64,000 nucleotides of DNA from an uncultured Pseudomonadota bacterium (GCA_949298065.1 CASFUZ010000003.1:25291-89290), one strand, 5' to 3'. Shown: positions 9,386 through 20,143, counted from the stretch's first letter. Notes: generated by a model from the letters alone, not told the origin. Numbers and translations: made by a program.

Positions 9386-10552
9386 TTAATCATTTTTTTT
9401 ATCAGAAGCCACAAGCTCCTCATAAACCTTGATAGTTTTATCACACATAATTTCTTTTGTGAAGTTGTCTTTTACGTTTTTTATGGCCGCTTTAGCAATT
9501 TTTTTCTCTTCCTCTTCGGAGAGAGCTAAAGCCCAGTCAATTGCTTCAGCCAAAGAAGCTGTATTATTATTAATAAAGAGCTTTCCTGTTTTGCCGTCAA
9601 CAATGCTGTCAAGCGAGCCTCCATGGTTTGATGCAATGACGATTTTGCCCATAGCCTGTCCCTCAATAGCAATACGTCCAAAAGCTTCCGGTTCAATAGC
9701 CGTAGACAAGATGACATTAGAAACCATCATCAAGGCAGGCATATCCAAGACTTTACCGAAAATAGAAACACGATTTTCCAAGCCATGTTTTTTTATAAGG
9801 CGTTTCAGCTCTCTGAGATAATCTTCTCGTCCTTGTTCATCGCCGGCAATAATACAATAATAATTTTGATTTTTGAGTTTAGCCAAGGCTTTAATCAACA
9901 AATGCTGACCTTTCCAACGGGTAATTCTACCGCCTAAGAGCAAAACTTTTTTATCATCAGGGATATTGTAGTCATGAACCATATTAATAATTCGCTCTTG
10001 AGTAATTGCCTCGGGAGAAAATTTCTCGGTATTAACGCAGCGATGAACGAGCCGGATTTTATCTTCAGATGTTTTATAATTAGTCAAAATATGATGTTTA
10101 ATATGTTCAGAGATTGCAATTACGCGTTCACCATAAGTCATCACACGATTATAAAATTTTTTTAAGCCCCAAGGACCAAGACCGTAAGTACCGTGAAAAG
10201 TTGTCATAAAATGCACTCCGGCTTTTTGAGCGGCCCAATAAGCACTCCAAGCAGGAGCGCGTGAACGAGCATGAACGATATTAATACCCTTTTCTTTAAT
10301 AAATTTTGCCAATTCATCTGCGTTTTTGCGCATTTTAAAAATATTTTTGGTTTTAAGGGGCAAAGTCAGATGTTCAACTTTCATTCTATCCAAATCACGC
10401 ACCAACCGACCGCCTTGAGAAGCGACAAAGTTTGTAATGCCTTTTTTTTGTAAACCGCTGGCAATTTCAACTGTTCCTATTTCCACCCCGCCCATTTCAA
10501 GTTCGGGTAATACCTGCAAAACAACAGGGTTTGAAGTATTTTGCTTAACCAT
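9386..10552 (-). CDS. Glycosyltransferase family 4
   Basis: GGVEIG, HARSRAPAWS, EPEAFGRIAIEGQAMG. Confidence 0.92.
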   Translation of the reverse strand: MVKQNTSNPVVLQVLPELEMGGVEIGTVEIASGLQKKGITNFVASQGGRLVRDLDRMKVEHLTLPLKTKNIFKMRKNADELAKFIKEKGINIVHARSRAPAWSAYWAAQKAGVHFMTTFHGTYGLGPWGLKKFYNRVMTYGERVIAISEHIKHHILTNYKTSEDKIRLVHRCVNTEKFSPEAITQERIINMVHDYNIPDDKKVLLLGGRITRWKGQHLLIKALAKLKNQNYYCIIAGDEQGREDYLRELKRLIKKHGLENRVSIFGKVLDMPALMMVSNVILSTAIEPEAFGRIAIEGQAMGKIVIASNHGGSLDSIVDGKTGKLFINNNTASLAEAIDWALALSEEEEKKIAKAAIKNVKDNFTKEIMCDKTIKVYEELVASDKKND

Positions 10553-10588
10553 AATTTGAAAATATCCTCTAAATAAAACACAGCATAA

Positions 10589-10640
10589 GAAGCCGTTTGT
10601 CTAGGTTAACTAATGAAGCCGTTTGTCTAGGTTAACTAAT
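10589..10640. repeat. Perfect 26-bp tandem duplication GAAGCCGTTTGTCTAGGTTAACTAAT x2
   Basis: Read directly: 10589-10614 equals 10615-10640. Confidence 0.95.
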
Positions 10641-10715
10641 AAAGAGATTCATATAATGAAAATTATTTTCCGCAAAGAAAAATATTCAAAATTATCCCCA
10701 CGAAGACAACATTAA

Positions 10716-11201
10716 CTAGTAAATGCCCTTATTAAGAGGGTCATCTTGTAAAATGCTCTGTGGGCGATAAACATAGATATTGGTAACGCTTGGCAGATTA
10801 TAAGTTCTGTGCCAATAACCTCTGTCTTCCATACATAATCTATATTTTCTGGGGCTAGAATCGGAGTCGTTACGCAAACTATTTACCATAATTGGCATAG
10901 CGCCGGGATAAGGAACATAGCTAGCCCAAATACCTTTCTCAGAATGCCAATCGGCCCGGATGTTCATTTTAACTTCTTCGGAGAAAAACCAAGTACGAAC
11001 GTCAGGCAAAAGTTTAAAATCCTCTGCTTGTCGCATACATTCGGAGTGGTCGCGAGCAAACTTTTGCACGCCTGTATTTTCTCTTTCCCAGTGATAGATG
11101 ACTTGCCCGTCAGCTTCTTGAAACAGAGTGCAAGAAGAAGTAAAAAAAGCAATTGCTAATGAAATAAAAAATATTTTCATATTAAAAGTCCAAATTAGCA
11201 T
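10716..11201 (-). CDS. Hypothetical lipoprotein (true start probably MKIFF, about 21 nt in)
   Basis: Signal peptide with TSSC lipobox. Confidence 0.7.
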   Translation of the reverse strand: MLIWTFNMKIFFISLAIAFFTSSCTLFQEADGQVIYHWERENTGVQKFARDHSECMRQAEDFKLLPDVRTWFFSEEVKMNIRADWHSEKGIWASYVPYPGAMPIMVNSLRNDSDSSPRKYRLCMEDRGYWHRTYNLPSVTNIYVYRPQSILQDDPLNKGIY

Positions 11202-11847
11202 AATGTTTTGCCGGTAAAATACCTTTGATATTGTCCTTCAAAATCTCTTTAAAGCTAGGCCTTGATTTAATTTTAGAATACCAAAGTTTGGCATTTTTAT
11301 AGCCTTCCCAAGGGATATCGCCCAGATAATCCAGAACAGACAAATGAGCTGCGGCCGTAACATCAGCCAAAGAAAAATCATCACCGGCAAGATAGTTTCT
11401 TCTCTCGGCAAGCCAGTCAATATATTCCATATGGAAATTAAGATTATTCATTCCGATTTTTAATATTTTGGAATCCGGCGGATTACCGAAACCGAAGCGT
11501 TTATGGATTTTTTCTTGGACAATATTGCGGTTAACTTCTTTTAAGAATTTAACATCAAACCATTCCATCAAACGTCTAACTTCAGCTTTTTGTATGGTTT
11601 CAGACGGCATAAGCTTAATTTCGCGGTTAACCTCTTCCAAAAACTCTGTAATGGCATAATTTCCGGCCACAACATTTCCGTCAAAAACAAATACGGGGAG
11701 CTCACCGGAAGGATTGAGTTTGTATAAATCCTGAGAAGGTTTCCATGGTTCTTCTTCCTTTAAGACGAACAGCATTCTTTTTTCGGCCATAATAATCCGA
11801 ATTTTACGAGACGCAGCCGATGCGGGATGATGAATCAGAAGTACCAT
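11182..11847 (-). CDS. fzlA: Glutathione S-transferase-like FtsZ-binding protein FzlA
   Basis: GST fold (P.G.LP, LAGDDFSLAD), C-terminus KSRPSF...P..HYANLDF typical of alphaproteobacterial FzlA. Confidence 0.75.
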   Translation of the reverse strand: MVLLIHHPASAASRKIRIIMAEKRMLFVLKEEEPWKPSQDLYKLNPSGELPVFVFDGNVVAGNYAITEFLEEVNREIKLMPSETIQKAEVRRLMEWFDVKFLKEVNRNIVQEKIHKRFGFGNPPDSKILKIGMNNLNFHMEYIDWLAERRNYLAGDDFSLADVTAAAHLSVLDYLGDIPWEGYKNAKLWYSKIKSRPSFKEILKDNIKGILPAKHYANLDF

Positions 11848-11928
11848 ATTTTACCGCTTTCTGTTAGAGTTTAAGTTGATGATAATTTAGACAATAAGTT
11901 ACCAAAGGTCAAGACAGCGATAATATTT

Positions 11929-12888
11929 TTACTTAAGATTATTTCTTTTTCCTGGTGGAACGACCATTATCATGGTGTTGGGTTGTTCTTGGATGGCTGT
12001 CTCATTAATGTCGGGCAATTTTTTGTCGCTGCTGAAAGATGGAGGCACAACGCCGACTGTATCTTTCTGAACTTTATTAACCATATCAATCAAAGTTTGC
12101 TCAATTTTTTTTCTGGTTTCCGGGCGCTCCATAAAGGCCGTAAAAGTTTTGGATAAAAGTTTTTTATGTGGAGACATTTTAGAAATACCGATAAACAAGG
12201 GCATATCCCAAATAGCTTGCTTAGAAAAACTGATTTTATCATAAATGCCGAGTTTCATGGCTTCAATCATGCTGAAATATCTGCTACCGATAATATAGTC
12301 AACTTTTCCGGCAAAAAGCAATTCATACATATCAAGAGTTTTATCAAATCTTTTAACATTATATTGTTTTAATTGTTGTACGACATGTTCGCTTAAATGC
12401 TCGTGTGAGCTCATTGCGCCTTGAAGCTTTTTTAGGTCAGCACGAGATTTAACTTCATTAATTCTTTGAGGAAGCATGATGACGACTATTGGGTTATTGA
12501 CGGCGGCCGGAAATACATATTCCAATCCCATATACATAGGAGTTTCATGGTACATTCCGAGCAACATATCAATTTCACCGCGCCGAACATCGCGAACCAA
12601 TGTGGAATAGTTTTTGGTAATAATATAATTGACTTCAAAATTTTGTTTTTCGGCATATTGCTGGATGATAGGGTCAAAGACGGTTGAAAAGCTGTCTCTG
12701 TAGGGAGGATCGGCATAATAGCCGAAAGGAGGGTAGTCTAAAAAAGTGGCTATTTTAAGTTCTTGTTTGATGCGGTTTTTTTCTTTTTTAATTTCAACCA
12801 TTTGAGCGGATGCTGATTCCATAATAAAGATTATAGAAAGTAAAAAAAAGACAAAGGATTTAAGAGTTTTTATCATCATTGCTGCCAT
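11929..12888 (-). CDS. Periplasmic substrate-binding protein (family 3-like)
   Basis: Signal peptide, DYPPFGY, DVRRGEIDMLLG. Confidence 0.75.
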   Translation of the reverse strand: MAAMMIKTLKSFVFFLLSIIFIMESASAQMVEIKKEKNRIKQELKIATFLDYPPFGYYADPPYRDSFSTVFDPIIQQYAEKQNFEVNYIITKNYSTLVRDVRRGEIDMLLGMYHETPMYMGLEYVFPAAVNNPIVVIMLPQRINEVKSRADLKKLQGAMSSHEHLSEHVVQQLKQYNVKRFDKTLDMYELLFAGKVDYIIGSRYFSMIEAMKLGIYDKISFSKQAIWDMPLFIGISKMSPHKKLLSKTFTAFMERPETRKKIEQTLIDMVNKVQKDTVGVVPPSFSSDKKLPDINETAIQEQPNTMIMVVPPGKRNNLK

Positions 12889-12990
12889 AAAAAAAATTGT
12901 ATTATTGCAAAATATATATTAAAATATAACGGTATGTTAACCAAATATGATTAAAAAGAATTTAATTACAACAAAACCAGAGACTAAAAA

Positions 12991-13383
12991 ATGAATGAAT
13001 CGCAGAAATATTCCGCAGCCGAAGTATCATCCATGCAACAAAACGAGCTTGAAAGCAGGGCATTTATCAGAACAGCTTCCGCATTGAATATGATAAAAGA
13101 GCACTGGGAGGAAAAAAAGTCAGAGTTACCGGAAGCTCTGGATAAAAATCGCCGTCTCTGGACAATTATTGCCAGTGCCATGCAAGAGCAGGATTGCCCG
13201 CAACCACCCGAGATTCGTCAAAACATTATTAACTTGGCGATGTTTGTTTTCCAGCGCACGGTTAAAGTATTGGCAGAGCCATCGCCGGAAGGTTTGAACG
13301 CATTGATTAATATTAATATGAATATAGCTAAAGGTCTGGCCGGAAAGCAACCTGATGAAAGCGAACTTTCATCAGGTTCTTAA
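12991..13383 (+). CDS. flaF: Flagellar biosynthesis regulator FlaF
   Basis: ALDKNRRLWTI, LPEIRQNIINLAMFV, LININMNIAKGL. Confidence 0.9.
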   Translation: MNESQKYSAAEVSSMQQNELESRAFIRTASALNMIKEHWEEKKSELPEALDKNRRLWTIIASAMQEQDCPQPPEIRQNIINLAMFVFQRTVKVLAEPSPEGLNALININMNIAKGLAGKQPDESELSSGS

Positions 13384-13404
13384 AAGAATAAGTTGTTTGA
13401 TTTT

Positions 13405-13436
13405 AAAAGGGACTCAGTTTGAGTTCCTTTTTTTTA
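13405..13436 (+). terminator. Intrinsic terminator
   Basis: aaagggactc/gagttccttt hairpin plus T run. Confidence 0.65.
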
Positions 13437-13451
13437 TGCTCTGTTTTTTTT

Positions 13452-13467
13452 TGGCACGATATTTGCA
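13452..13467 (+). promoter_or_regulatory. Sigma54 -24/-12 promoter of the fliK-flgD-flgE operon
   Basis: TGGCAC-GATAT-TTGCA, consensus match with correct spacing; sigma54 activator flbD lies in the same cluster. Confidence 0.88.
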
Positions 13468-13508
13468 TTAAAACACGCAAGGCAAATTTTTTATGAGGAT
13501 TTTCTGTC

Positions 13509-15182
13509 ATGGAATTAAACGAGATTAAAAACCAGCTGGCAAACCTGATGAGTTTTAGCAAAATAAATCTGTCGTCAGGTGTGGAAGGTGATGCTTTTGC
13601 AGAGTTGCTGAATAAAACATCTTCGGCTGAAAAGGCTCCTGCTCAAGAGGTTGTTCGTGAAGATAAGGCAGAAAAAGATACTCGCCCGAACGATAAAAAC
13701 GAGCGTGCAGAAAATAGGAACGCATCTGCTGAAGAGAAAAAACGTCCGGAAGCAAATGATGATCGCGCCGAGGAAAAGGCGGATTCTGCTGGTGGTAAAA
13801 AAGTTGAGGCTTCTCGCCAAGACGCGGATAAAAATATGCCGAAAGATGAAAAGGTAACTCAAGAAGGTCATGCTCAAAAAGATGCCGTTGAAGCATCTCA
13901 GGAAAATGTTGGAGAGGGGCAGGAAGCGGAAGAAGGTAAAAAAACTGCAAAACAGGTTGTTGTTCCCTTGTTTGATTTGTCTTTAATGGGAATGGTCAAT
14001 GTCATTAATCCGGAAAATGGAGAGCTTATGCAGATGACGGGTGCTGAGCTGGCGGCTCAACTTTCCGGAGACGATTCTTTGCAGGTTATAATGACAATGC
14101 CGCAGGAAGGTGGAGAGCCTGTATTAACAATAGCTCCTATTGCTGCGGAGGTAAAGCCGCAAATGCAATCATCTTCGGAGGCTGATGGTGTTTTGGACGT
14201 CAGCAATTTCGTTGCGGCAACGGATGATGATGTTGCCAAATTAAATCTGGAAGAAGTCAAAGCTCAACTCCAAGATAAAAATTTAAGAAAAGATATGGCT
14301 GTGCAGGATGCTGTTTTGGAAGAGGTTGAGGGGCAAAAAGTAAGCGAGCAAGCCGCCAAACTTTCGGAAGTTATCGGTAAAGAAATAAGCAAAGCAGAAA
14401 TCAAAGTTTCCGTTAAAGAGGAAAAAATTTCCCAGTTGAGCAGTAACGATTTGTTGGCAGGTGCAAATAGTACATCCGATTCTGTAGCCCTGCAGGCTCA
14501 AAGTGCGGCAATGGCAGATGATGTCGCCGCTGTTAAAGATTTGAACGTAATGCCGACATTTAATGTTGCTTCTTCCAATGTAGCAGAGGTAAGTGCAAGT
14601 ACAAGTGGTGTATCTCAGATTGCGGCGGTAGAAGCTAACTCAAGCAATCTGAATACGGCGGTTGTCGCCGGAAGCGAATTTGTTAAGGCAGCCAAAGCAG
14701 ATGCTTCCGCAGAGAGCAATCAAACCTCATTCCGCGATATTTATAAAGGTATGAGCAAAGAAATTATAGATCAGGTAAAAGTAAATATCACCAAATCAGC
14801 GGTCAAAGGCATTGATAAGATAGATATTTCCTTAAAGCCGGTTGATTTAGGACATATTGAAGTAAAGATGCAAATCGGCAAAGACGGCAAATTGCAGGCG
14901 CATATTATTTCCAGTCGTCCCGAGACTATGGAGGTTCTCCAAAAAGAAATGCAGACTTTGGAAAAGGCATTTAACGATGCCGGTTTCCAAACCGATGAAG
15001 GTTCTCTGAGCTTTAGCTTCAGAGGAGGCAACCAAGCCAACCAGAATCAAGAACGTGATAACGGCTTGCGCAATTTCATCGGCGATATTTTTGAAAAAGA
15101 GGCAAGTAATGACCTCTTGGCCGGAGATGCTTTCCAAAATCAGAGCTGGAACGGCACAACAGGCCTTAATATTAGAGTTTAA
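13509..15182 (+). CDS. fliK: Flagellar hook-length control protein
   Basis: Low-complexity N-terminus; C-terminal ISLKPVDLGHIEVKM...LEKAFNDAG; lies upstream of flgD. Confidence 0.9.
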   Translation: MELNEIKNQLANLMSFSKINLSSGVEGDAFAELLNKTSSAEKAPAQEVVREDKAEKDTRPNDKNERAENRNASAEEKKRPEANDDRAEEKADSAGGKKVEASRQDADKNMPKDEKVTQEGHAQKDAVEASQENVGEGQEAEEGKKTAKQVVVPLFDLSLMGMVNVINPENGELMQMTGAELAAQLSGDDSLQVIMTMPQEGGEPVLTIAPIAAEVKPQMQSSSEADGVLDVSNFVAATDDDVAKLNLEEVKAQLQDKNLRKDMAVQDAVLEEVEGQKVSEQAAKLSEVIGKEISKAEIKVSVKEEKISQLSSNDLLAGANSTSDSVALQAQSAAMADDVAAVKDLNVMPTFNVASSNVAEVSASTSGVSQIAAVEANSSNLNTAVVAGSEFVKAAKADASAESNQTSFRDIYKGMSKEIIDQVKVNITKSAVKGIDKIDISLKPVDLGHIEVKMQIGKDGKLQAHIISSRPETMEVLQKEMQTLEKAFNDAGFQTDEGSLSFSFRGGNQANQNQERDNGLRNFIGDIFEKEASNDLLAGDAFQNQSWNGTTGLNIRV

Positions 15183-15194
15183 GGGAGAAGAACA

Positions 15195-16025
15195 ATGACA
15201 GACGTAAACGCATTAAATGGTTACACTCAGACAAGTACGTCATCCACGAGCACCGCGTCTCAAAATCTCTCGGCAGATATGAATACTTTTCTGACCCTGT
15301 TAACCACACAGTTAAAATACCAAGATCCATTAGATCCGATGGATACGGCCGAGTTCACCAACCAATTGGTTCAATATTCAAGTGTTGAACAAGCGATTCA
15401 GACCAACGAAAAATTAGATAATTTGCTGAGTATGAATATTGCCAACTTAGGCGCGCAGGCTGTTTCCTACATCGGCAAAGTTGCGCAAGTTTTGGGTAAC
15501 GTAATGCCTTTGGAAGGAGGGAAAGCCAAGGCAACTTATACGTTAGATAAAAATGTGGTGAGTACAACGATAGTCGTAAAAGATATGAACGGTAATATTG
15601 TTTATTCCGAGCAAGGCAAAGTAACATCAGGAACCCATGAGTTTACATGGGACGGAAAAGATGCCAACGGCAATCAGTTAGAAGATGGAGCTTATAAAAT
15701 TGAAGTTTCTACGAAGGTTGCCAGCGGAGAAACGGCCGCCAGCGTAGTTACGACAGTATTTGGCCGAGTAACGGGTGTTGCGAGTGATTCAAGCGGTGTT
15801 TATGTCGGCTTAGGCGATGCCGTAACGGCAGCTTTGGGAGATATTCTGACCGTTCGTAATGATGATTATTTTAACAAAGGCGAAGATTCTTCGGGTAACG
15901 GAGATGAAACCATAACCCCTCCGGAAGAAGGGGGAGACGAGGACAGCGTACTGGAAACAGCGGCGGCAGTTCTCGGTCGGGCCGCAGGTGAGGCAGCAAA
16001 AGCCGCAACTTTCGGTTTGATATAA
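15195..16025 (+). CDS. flgD: Flagellar hook capping protein
   Basis: FLTLLTTQLKYQDPLDPMDTAEFTNQLVQYSSVEQ. Confidence 0.96.
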   Translation: MTDVNALNGYTQTSTSSTSTASQNLSADMNTFLTLLTTQLKYQDPLDPMDTAEFTNQLVQYSSVEQAIQTNEKLDNLLSMNIANLGAQAVSYIGKVAQVLGNVMPLEGGKAKATYTLDKNVVSTTIVVKDMNGNIVYSEQGKVTSGTHEFTWDGKDANGNQLEDGAYKIEVSTKVASGETAASVVTTVFGRVTGVASDSSGVYVGLGDAVTAALGDILTVRNDDYFNKGEDSSGNGDETITPPEEGGDEDSVLETAAAVLGRAAGEAAKAATFGLI

Positions 16026-16046
16026 TAAAACTTTAGGAGAGAGAAA

Positions 16047-18305
16047 ATGAGTATTTTTGGTGCAATGCAATCCGGTATTTCGGCTTTGGCCTCCCAGTCC
16101 AGTTCAATGGGAGCCATCTCCGACAATATCGCCAACGTAAACACCATAGGTTATAAGAACAACTCTGTTGCTTTTTCAACCTTGGTAACCAAACAAACAT
16201 CATCAAGCCTGTATTCACCGGGTGGTGTACAATCGGGACCGAAGCAAAGCGTCAGTGCGCAAGGTTTGCTTTCGGCAACTTCAAATTCTACCGATGTTGC
16301 CATCAGTGGTTCTGGTTTCTTTGTTGTAAACCAGGCTGCCAATCCGGGCGAAGGCGACTTGTGGGCTTATACCAGAGCCGGAAGCTTTTCGGTTGACCAA
16401 AACGGTTATTTAAAAAACACCGGCGGCTACTATGCACAAGCTTGGTCTTTGTTGCCCTGGGACGGCAATCCGAATGCCACGGTTGTGGATGTAAACGGCA
16501 TCAAATATATGAAGGCATATTACGATTCTGCCGGCAATACGGTTTACATTAATGATAATATTATTGACGGCACAAACTTGCGTCCGGTTAACTTGTCAAA
16601 CATCGGCGGTACTGCAACCCCGACACACCAAATCAGCTTGGGTGCAAACTTGCCGTCGTCAGACCCGATTTATGACCCGACCAATGCTGCTGCAGGTGGT
16701 AAGCGCAAAGTTTCTGCCTTGATTTATGACAGCTTGGGCAATGCCAGCAATATGAGCTTGGAATATACAAAGACAAGTTCTAACGGTTGGTCTATGGGGG
16801 CTTCTGTTCCGAGCGGTGCGGCCAGCGTAACCCTGTATGGCGGCAGAGAAACAGCTGCGGATACGAACCAAGATGTTTACTATGCAGCAGGACAATTGGA
16901 GTTTACAAAGATTCCTGAAAACGGCTCAAGCATAGCCATCACCGATGCCGGTACCAATACAACCTACAACTTCATTTTTACCAATGGTACTGCAACGATT
17001 CCGCCAGATGCCGGAAACAATAAATATATTGCCGTAGATATTTCAACCGGTATCATTACCACGAGCGATTTTACCAAAGCTTTTGAAACGGCAATCAAAA
17101 ACAGCATGCCCTCTGCAAACCGTTTCACTGCAGACGGTAGCACAATTCAGATTGTTCAGTCTGTTGCAGGTTCGGAATTAACGATTGATGCCAGCAAGAC
17201 CTTGGCTTGTGTTCAAAGCGCAACCAATCCGGCACAAGATACGGGTATTCCGACAGGTGTATTTACCATTCAGGCTATTGATAATGATATCAAAAATACG
17301 GCACGCATTGACTTCACGTCAACTACAGCTGCTGATTATCTGAACAAAACCATTACGCTTGATGGTAAAACCTACCATTTCGTAAATACGGATACACCGG
17401 ATGATCCAGATGCCGGAGACTACTATGTCAACATCAATGATGCCATCAGTGGTGGAAAAGTTGATGTCGCCAAAATGATGAATATTTTTGGCGGTAAGCT
17501 CAACACCACGGCAACCGAGCCTTCTCGTTTTGTTATCAGTGGTTCATCTTTGGAAATTTTGCCGAGTTCAACCGGTGGTGATATTGCGATAGATACCACA
17601 GATTTGGGAACAGCAATCTCAGGTATTGTCAGAGACAAAGATACCAATGCTTGGAAGTCTATCCGAAATACAACGGCAACTCTGGCTAACGAATTTACGG
17701 TAAACGGCACAGAGGTTGAGCAAGGCGCTGTTGTTCCGGCTGTTCGCTTCAATGCCGATGGTACACCAAAATACTTTTATGTAGATGAAATGGCTATTGA
17801 ATGGTCAAACGGTGCCCAGAATATGGATGGAGATCCGGACAATGGTACACGTATCACTCTTGATATGGGTAATGTCGGAACTAATGATGGTTTAACCAAC
17901 TTATCCGGCGATTTCTTAACCAACTACATCAATCAAGACGGTGCAAAGTTTGGTAGCTATACCGGTGTAAGCATCAGTGAAGATGGTGTTGTAACAGCGT
18001 TGTTTGATAACGGTGAAACTCGTCCGATTGCCATTCTTCCTTTGGCTACCTTTGCTAATGCGGAAGGTATGGATGCCTTAACCGGTAACACCTGGATTGA
18101 AACAGATGCCTCCGGTCAGGCGATGTTAAGACAGGCCGGAACCAACGGCGCGGGTGAGATTACGGCTTATTCGTTAGAGTCCTCAAACGTTGACTTGGCA
18201 ACAGAGTTTTCTAACATGATTGTAACCCAAAGAGCTTATTCTGCCGCAACCAAGATTATTACTACGGCCGATGAGATGTTGGATGAACTCACCCGTATGA
18301 CATAG
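16047..18305 (+). CDS. flgE: Flagellar hook protein (long form, 752 aa)
   Basis: ISDNIANVNTIGYK, YTRAGSF, LESSNVDLATEFSNMIVTQRAY. Confidence 0.96.
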   Translation: MSIFGAMQSGISALASQSSSMGAISDNIANVNTIGYKNNSVAFSTLVTKQTSSSLYSPGGVQSGPKQSVSAQGLLSATSNSTDVAISGSGFFVVNQAANPGEGDLWAYTRAGSFSVDQNGYLKNTGGYYAQAWSLLPWDGNPNATVVDVNGIKYMKAYYDSAGNTVYINDNIIDGTNLRPVNLSNIGGTATPTHQISLGANLPSSDPIYDPTNAAAGGKRKVSALIYDSLGNASNMSLEYTKTSSNGWSMGASVPSGAASVTLYGGRETAADTNQDVYYAAGQLEFTKIPENGSSIAITDAGTNTTYNFIFTNGTATIPPDAGNNKYIAVDISTGIITTSDFTKAFETAIKNSMPSANRFTADGSTIQIVQSVAGSELTIDASKTLACVQSATNPAQDTGIPTGVFTIQAIDNDIKNTARIDFTSTTAADYLNKTITLDGKTYHFVNTDTPDDPDAGDYYVNINDAISGGKVDVAKMMNIFGGKLNTTATEPSRFVISGSSLEILPSSTGGDIAIDTTDLGTAISGIVRDKDTNAWKSIRNTTATLANEFTVNGTEVEQGAVVPAVRFNADGTPKYFYVDEMAIEWSNGAQNMDGDPDNGTRITLDMGNVGTNDGLTNLSGDFLTNYINQDGAKFGSYTGVSISEDGVVTALFDNGETRPIAILPLATFANAEGMDALTGNTWIETDASGQAMLRQAGTNGAGEITAYSLESSNVDLATEFSNMIVTQRAYSAATKIITTADEMLDELTRMT

Positions 18306-18344
18306 AATTAAGAATAATTCTAAAACAAAAATTTCTCCCCTAAA

Positions 18345-18371
18345 GAAAGACCGCCAGAAGGCGGTCTTTTT
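18345..18371 (+). terminator. Intrinsic terminator after flgE
   Basis: gaaagaccgcc/ggcggtctttt. Confidence 0.8.
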
Positions 18372-18414
18372 CTACATTTAAAAACAAGGCGGCCTTTTTC
18401 TACATTTAAAAACA
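18359..18414. repeat. 28-bp tandem duplication (1 mismatch)
   Basis: aggcggtctttttctacatttaaaaaca / aggcggcctttttctacatttaaaaaca. Confidence 0.9.
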
Positions 18415-18511
18415 AAGCCTTGTGAATATATGTTAATTAATCGTTTTAATCTGAAAAAAATTAAGCTAATACATAAAATAAATGGGGAAAATATAGTTAT
18501 TTATAAATAGA

Positions 18512-20143
18512 TTGGGGAATCTGGTGAATAATTTTATACAGAATATCAAGAACTTGTCGCCTGGGCGCTTGGCTTCAATAGCAGCTGTTGCGATATTTTT
18601 GATAAGTTTTTTTGTTTATTTGGCAACAAAACTCAATACCGGTGATTATGCAATTTTGTATACCGATTTGGAAATGGAGGATGCCAAACAGATAGTTCAG
18701 CACCTTGAGACCGCCAATATAAAATATCGCCTGACCAAGAATGGTACGGAAATTTTGGTTCCGCAAGAAGATGTCAATAAGATGCGTATAGACACGGCAG
18801 ACTTGGCGATGGCTTCTAAAGGATCCAATGTCGGCTATGAAATTTTTGACCATACGGATGCGCTGGGATCAACTAATTTTGTACAGAATGTAAATTTAAT
18901 CAGGGCTTTGGAAGGTGAACTAGCGCGGACGATTCGTTCTGTAGACCACATCAAGTCAGCCAGAGTACATTTGGTTTTACCTAAGAGAGAGATGTTTTCC
19001 CGTGAGGAGCAGGTGCCGACAGCATCTGTAGTGATTAAGACTGATGGTGGGCAGTTAAGCCTTGAAAACATACGTTCAATTCAGCAATTGGTAGCGGCAG
19101 CGGTTCCAAAGTTGGATGTAAAAAATGTTTCTATTGTTGACAATGCCGGCAATTTGCTGACCAACAATTTTGAAGATGAGGAGGCAGTAAAATTAGCCAG
19201 CAACGAAGCCTTACGTTTGGATCAAGAGCGCAAAATGTCTCAGCAAGTTCAAAATTTGTTGGAGAAGAGTATTGGCGAAGGTAAGGTTAGAGCGCAGGTT
19301 AATCTGGAGATGGATTTTGACGAGATTATAACCAACGAAGAGATCTATGATCCAGATTCGCAGGTTGTTCGTTCGCAAGCCACAGTTACGGATAATTCTA
19401 CCAGTAATGAGATGGAGCAGCCGGTAAGTGTTGCACAAAATATTCCCAACGGAGATATGGTAGCAAGTGAAAGCGGTAGCATAAACCACAAATCGCGCAC
19501 GGAAGAAACCATCAATTATGAGATTTCTAAAATAGTTCGTAACAAGGTAAAAAACAGCGGAACGATTAAGAGACTGGGTGTAGCTGTTATTGTGGACGGA
19601 ATTTATGAACGCAACAGCGATGGCAAGCTTGTTTATAGAGAGCGTACGTCAGAAGAGATGGAACAAATCAGGTCGTTAGTTAAGTCTGCGGTAGGTTTTG
19701 ATGCCGAACGTGGAGATATGGTAGAAGTTGCAAACATGCAATTTGCCTCTAACCAGCCTGAGATTGAGCTGGTTGAGGAAACGCTGATTATGGGCTTTAC
19801 GAAGGAAGAATTAATGCGTATAGCCGAAGGTATAGGTGTTGCGATAGTTGCAATATTAGTTATCTTGTTAGTTATCCGTCCATTAATAAACAATGCCTTT
19901 GAAAGTAATACGAATGGAGGAGAGAGTCGTTTATTGGGAGATAATGCAGAAGAAGACAATTTGCTTTTATCTAACTTCTTAAATGAAGAAGATAGTGAAA
20001 TAGAAGAGCTGATAAACATGAACAAGATAGATGGGCGAATAAAAGTATCATCGCTTAAGAAGATAAATGATATTGTAGAGAAAAACCCGGATGCGGCAGT
20101 CAATATTATCCGCGGTTGGCTTTACTCCAATGATGGCAATTAA
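18512..20143 (+). CDS. fliF: Flagellar MS-ring protein
   Basis: GYEIFD, RALEGELARTI, ARVHLVLP, SAVGFDAERGD; TTG start. Confidence 0.96.
   Translation: MGNLVNNFIQNIKNLSPGRLASIAAVAIFLISFFVYLATKLNTGDYAILYTDLEMEDAKQIVQHLETANIKYRLTKNGTEILVPQEDVNKMRIDTADLAMASKGSNVGYEIFDHTDALGSTNFVQNVNLIRALEGELARTIRSVDHIKSARVHLVLPKREMFSREEQVPTASVVIKTDGGQLSLENIRSIQQLVAAAVPKLDVKNVSIVDNAGNLLTNNFEDEEAVKLASNEALRLDQERKMSQQVQNLLEKSIGEGKVRAQVNLEMDFDEIITNEEIYDPDSQVVRSQATVTDNSTSNEMEQPVSVAQNIPNGDMVASESGSINHKSRTEETINYEISKIVRNKVKNSGTIKRLGVAVIVDGIYERNSDGKLVYRERTSEEMEQIRSLVKSAVGFDAERGDMVEVANMQFASNQPEIELVEETLIMGFTKEELMRIAEGIGVAIVAILVILLVIRPLINNAFESNTNGGESRLLGDNAEEDNLLLSNFLNEEDSEIEELINMNKIDGRIKVSSLKKINDIVEKNPDAAVNIIRGWLYSNDGN

Noticed and set aside
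18421-18470. Possible CtrA box upstream of fliF
   Set aside because: TTAA half-sites present but no exact TTAA-N7-TTAA spacing
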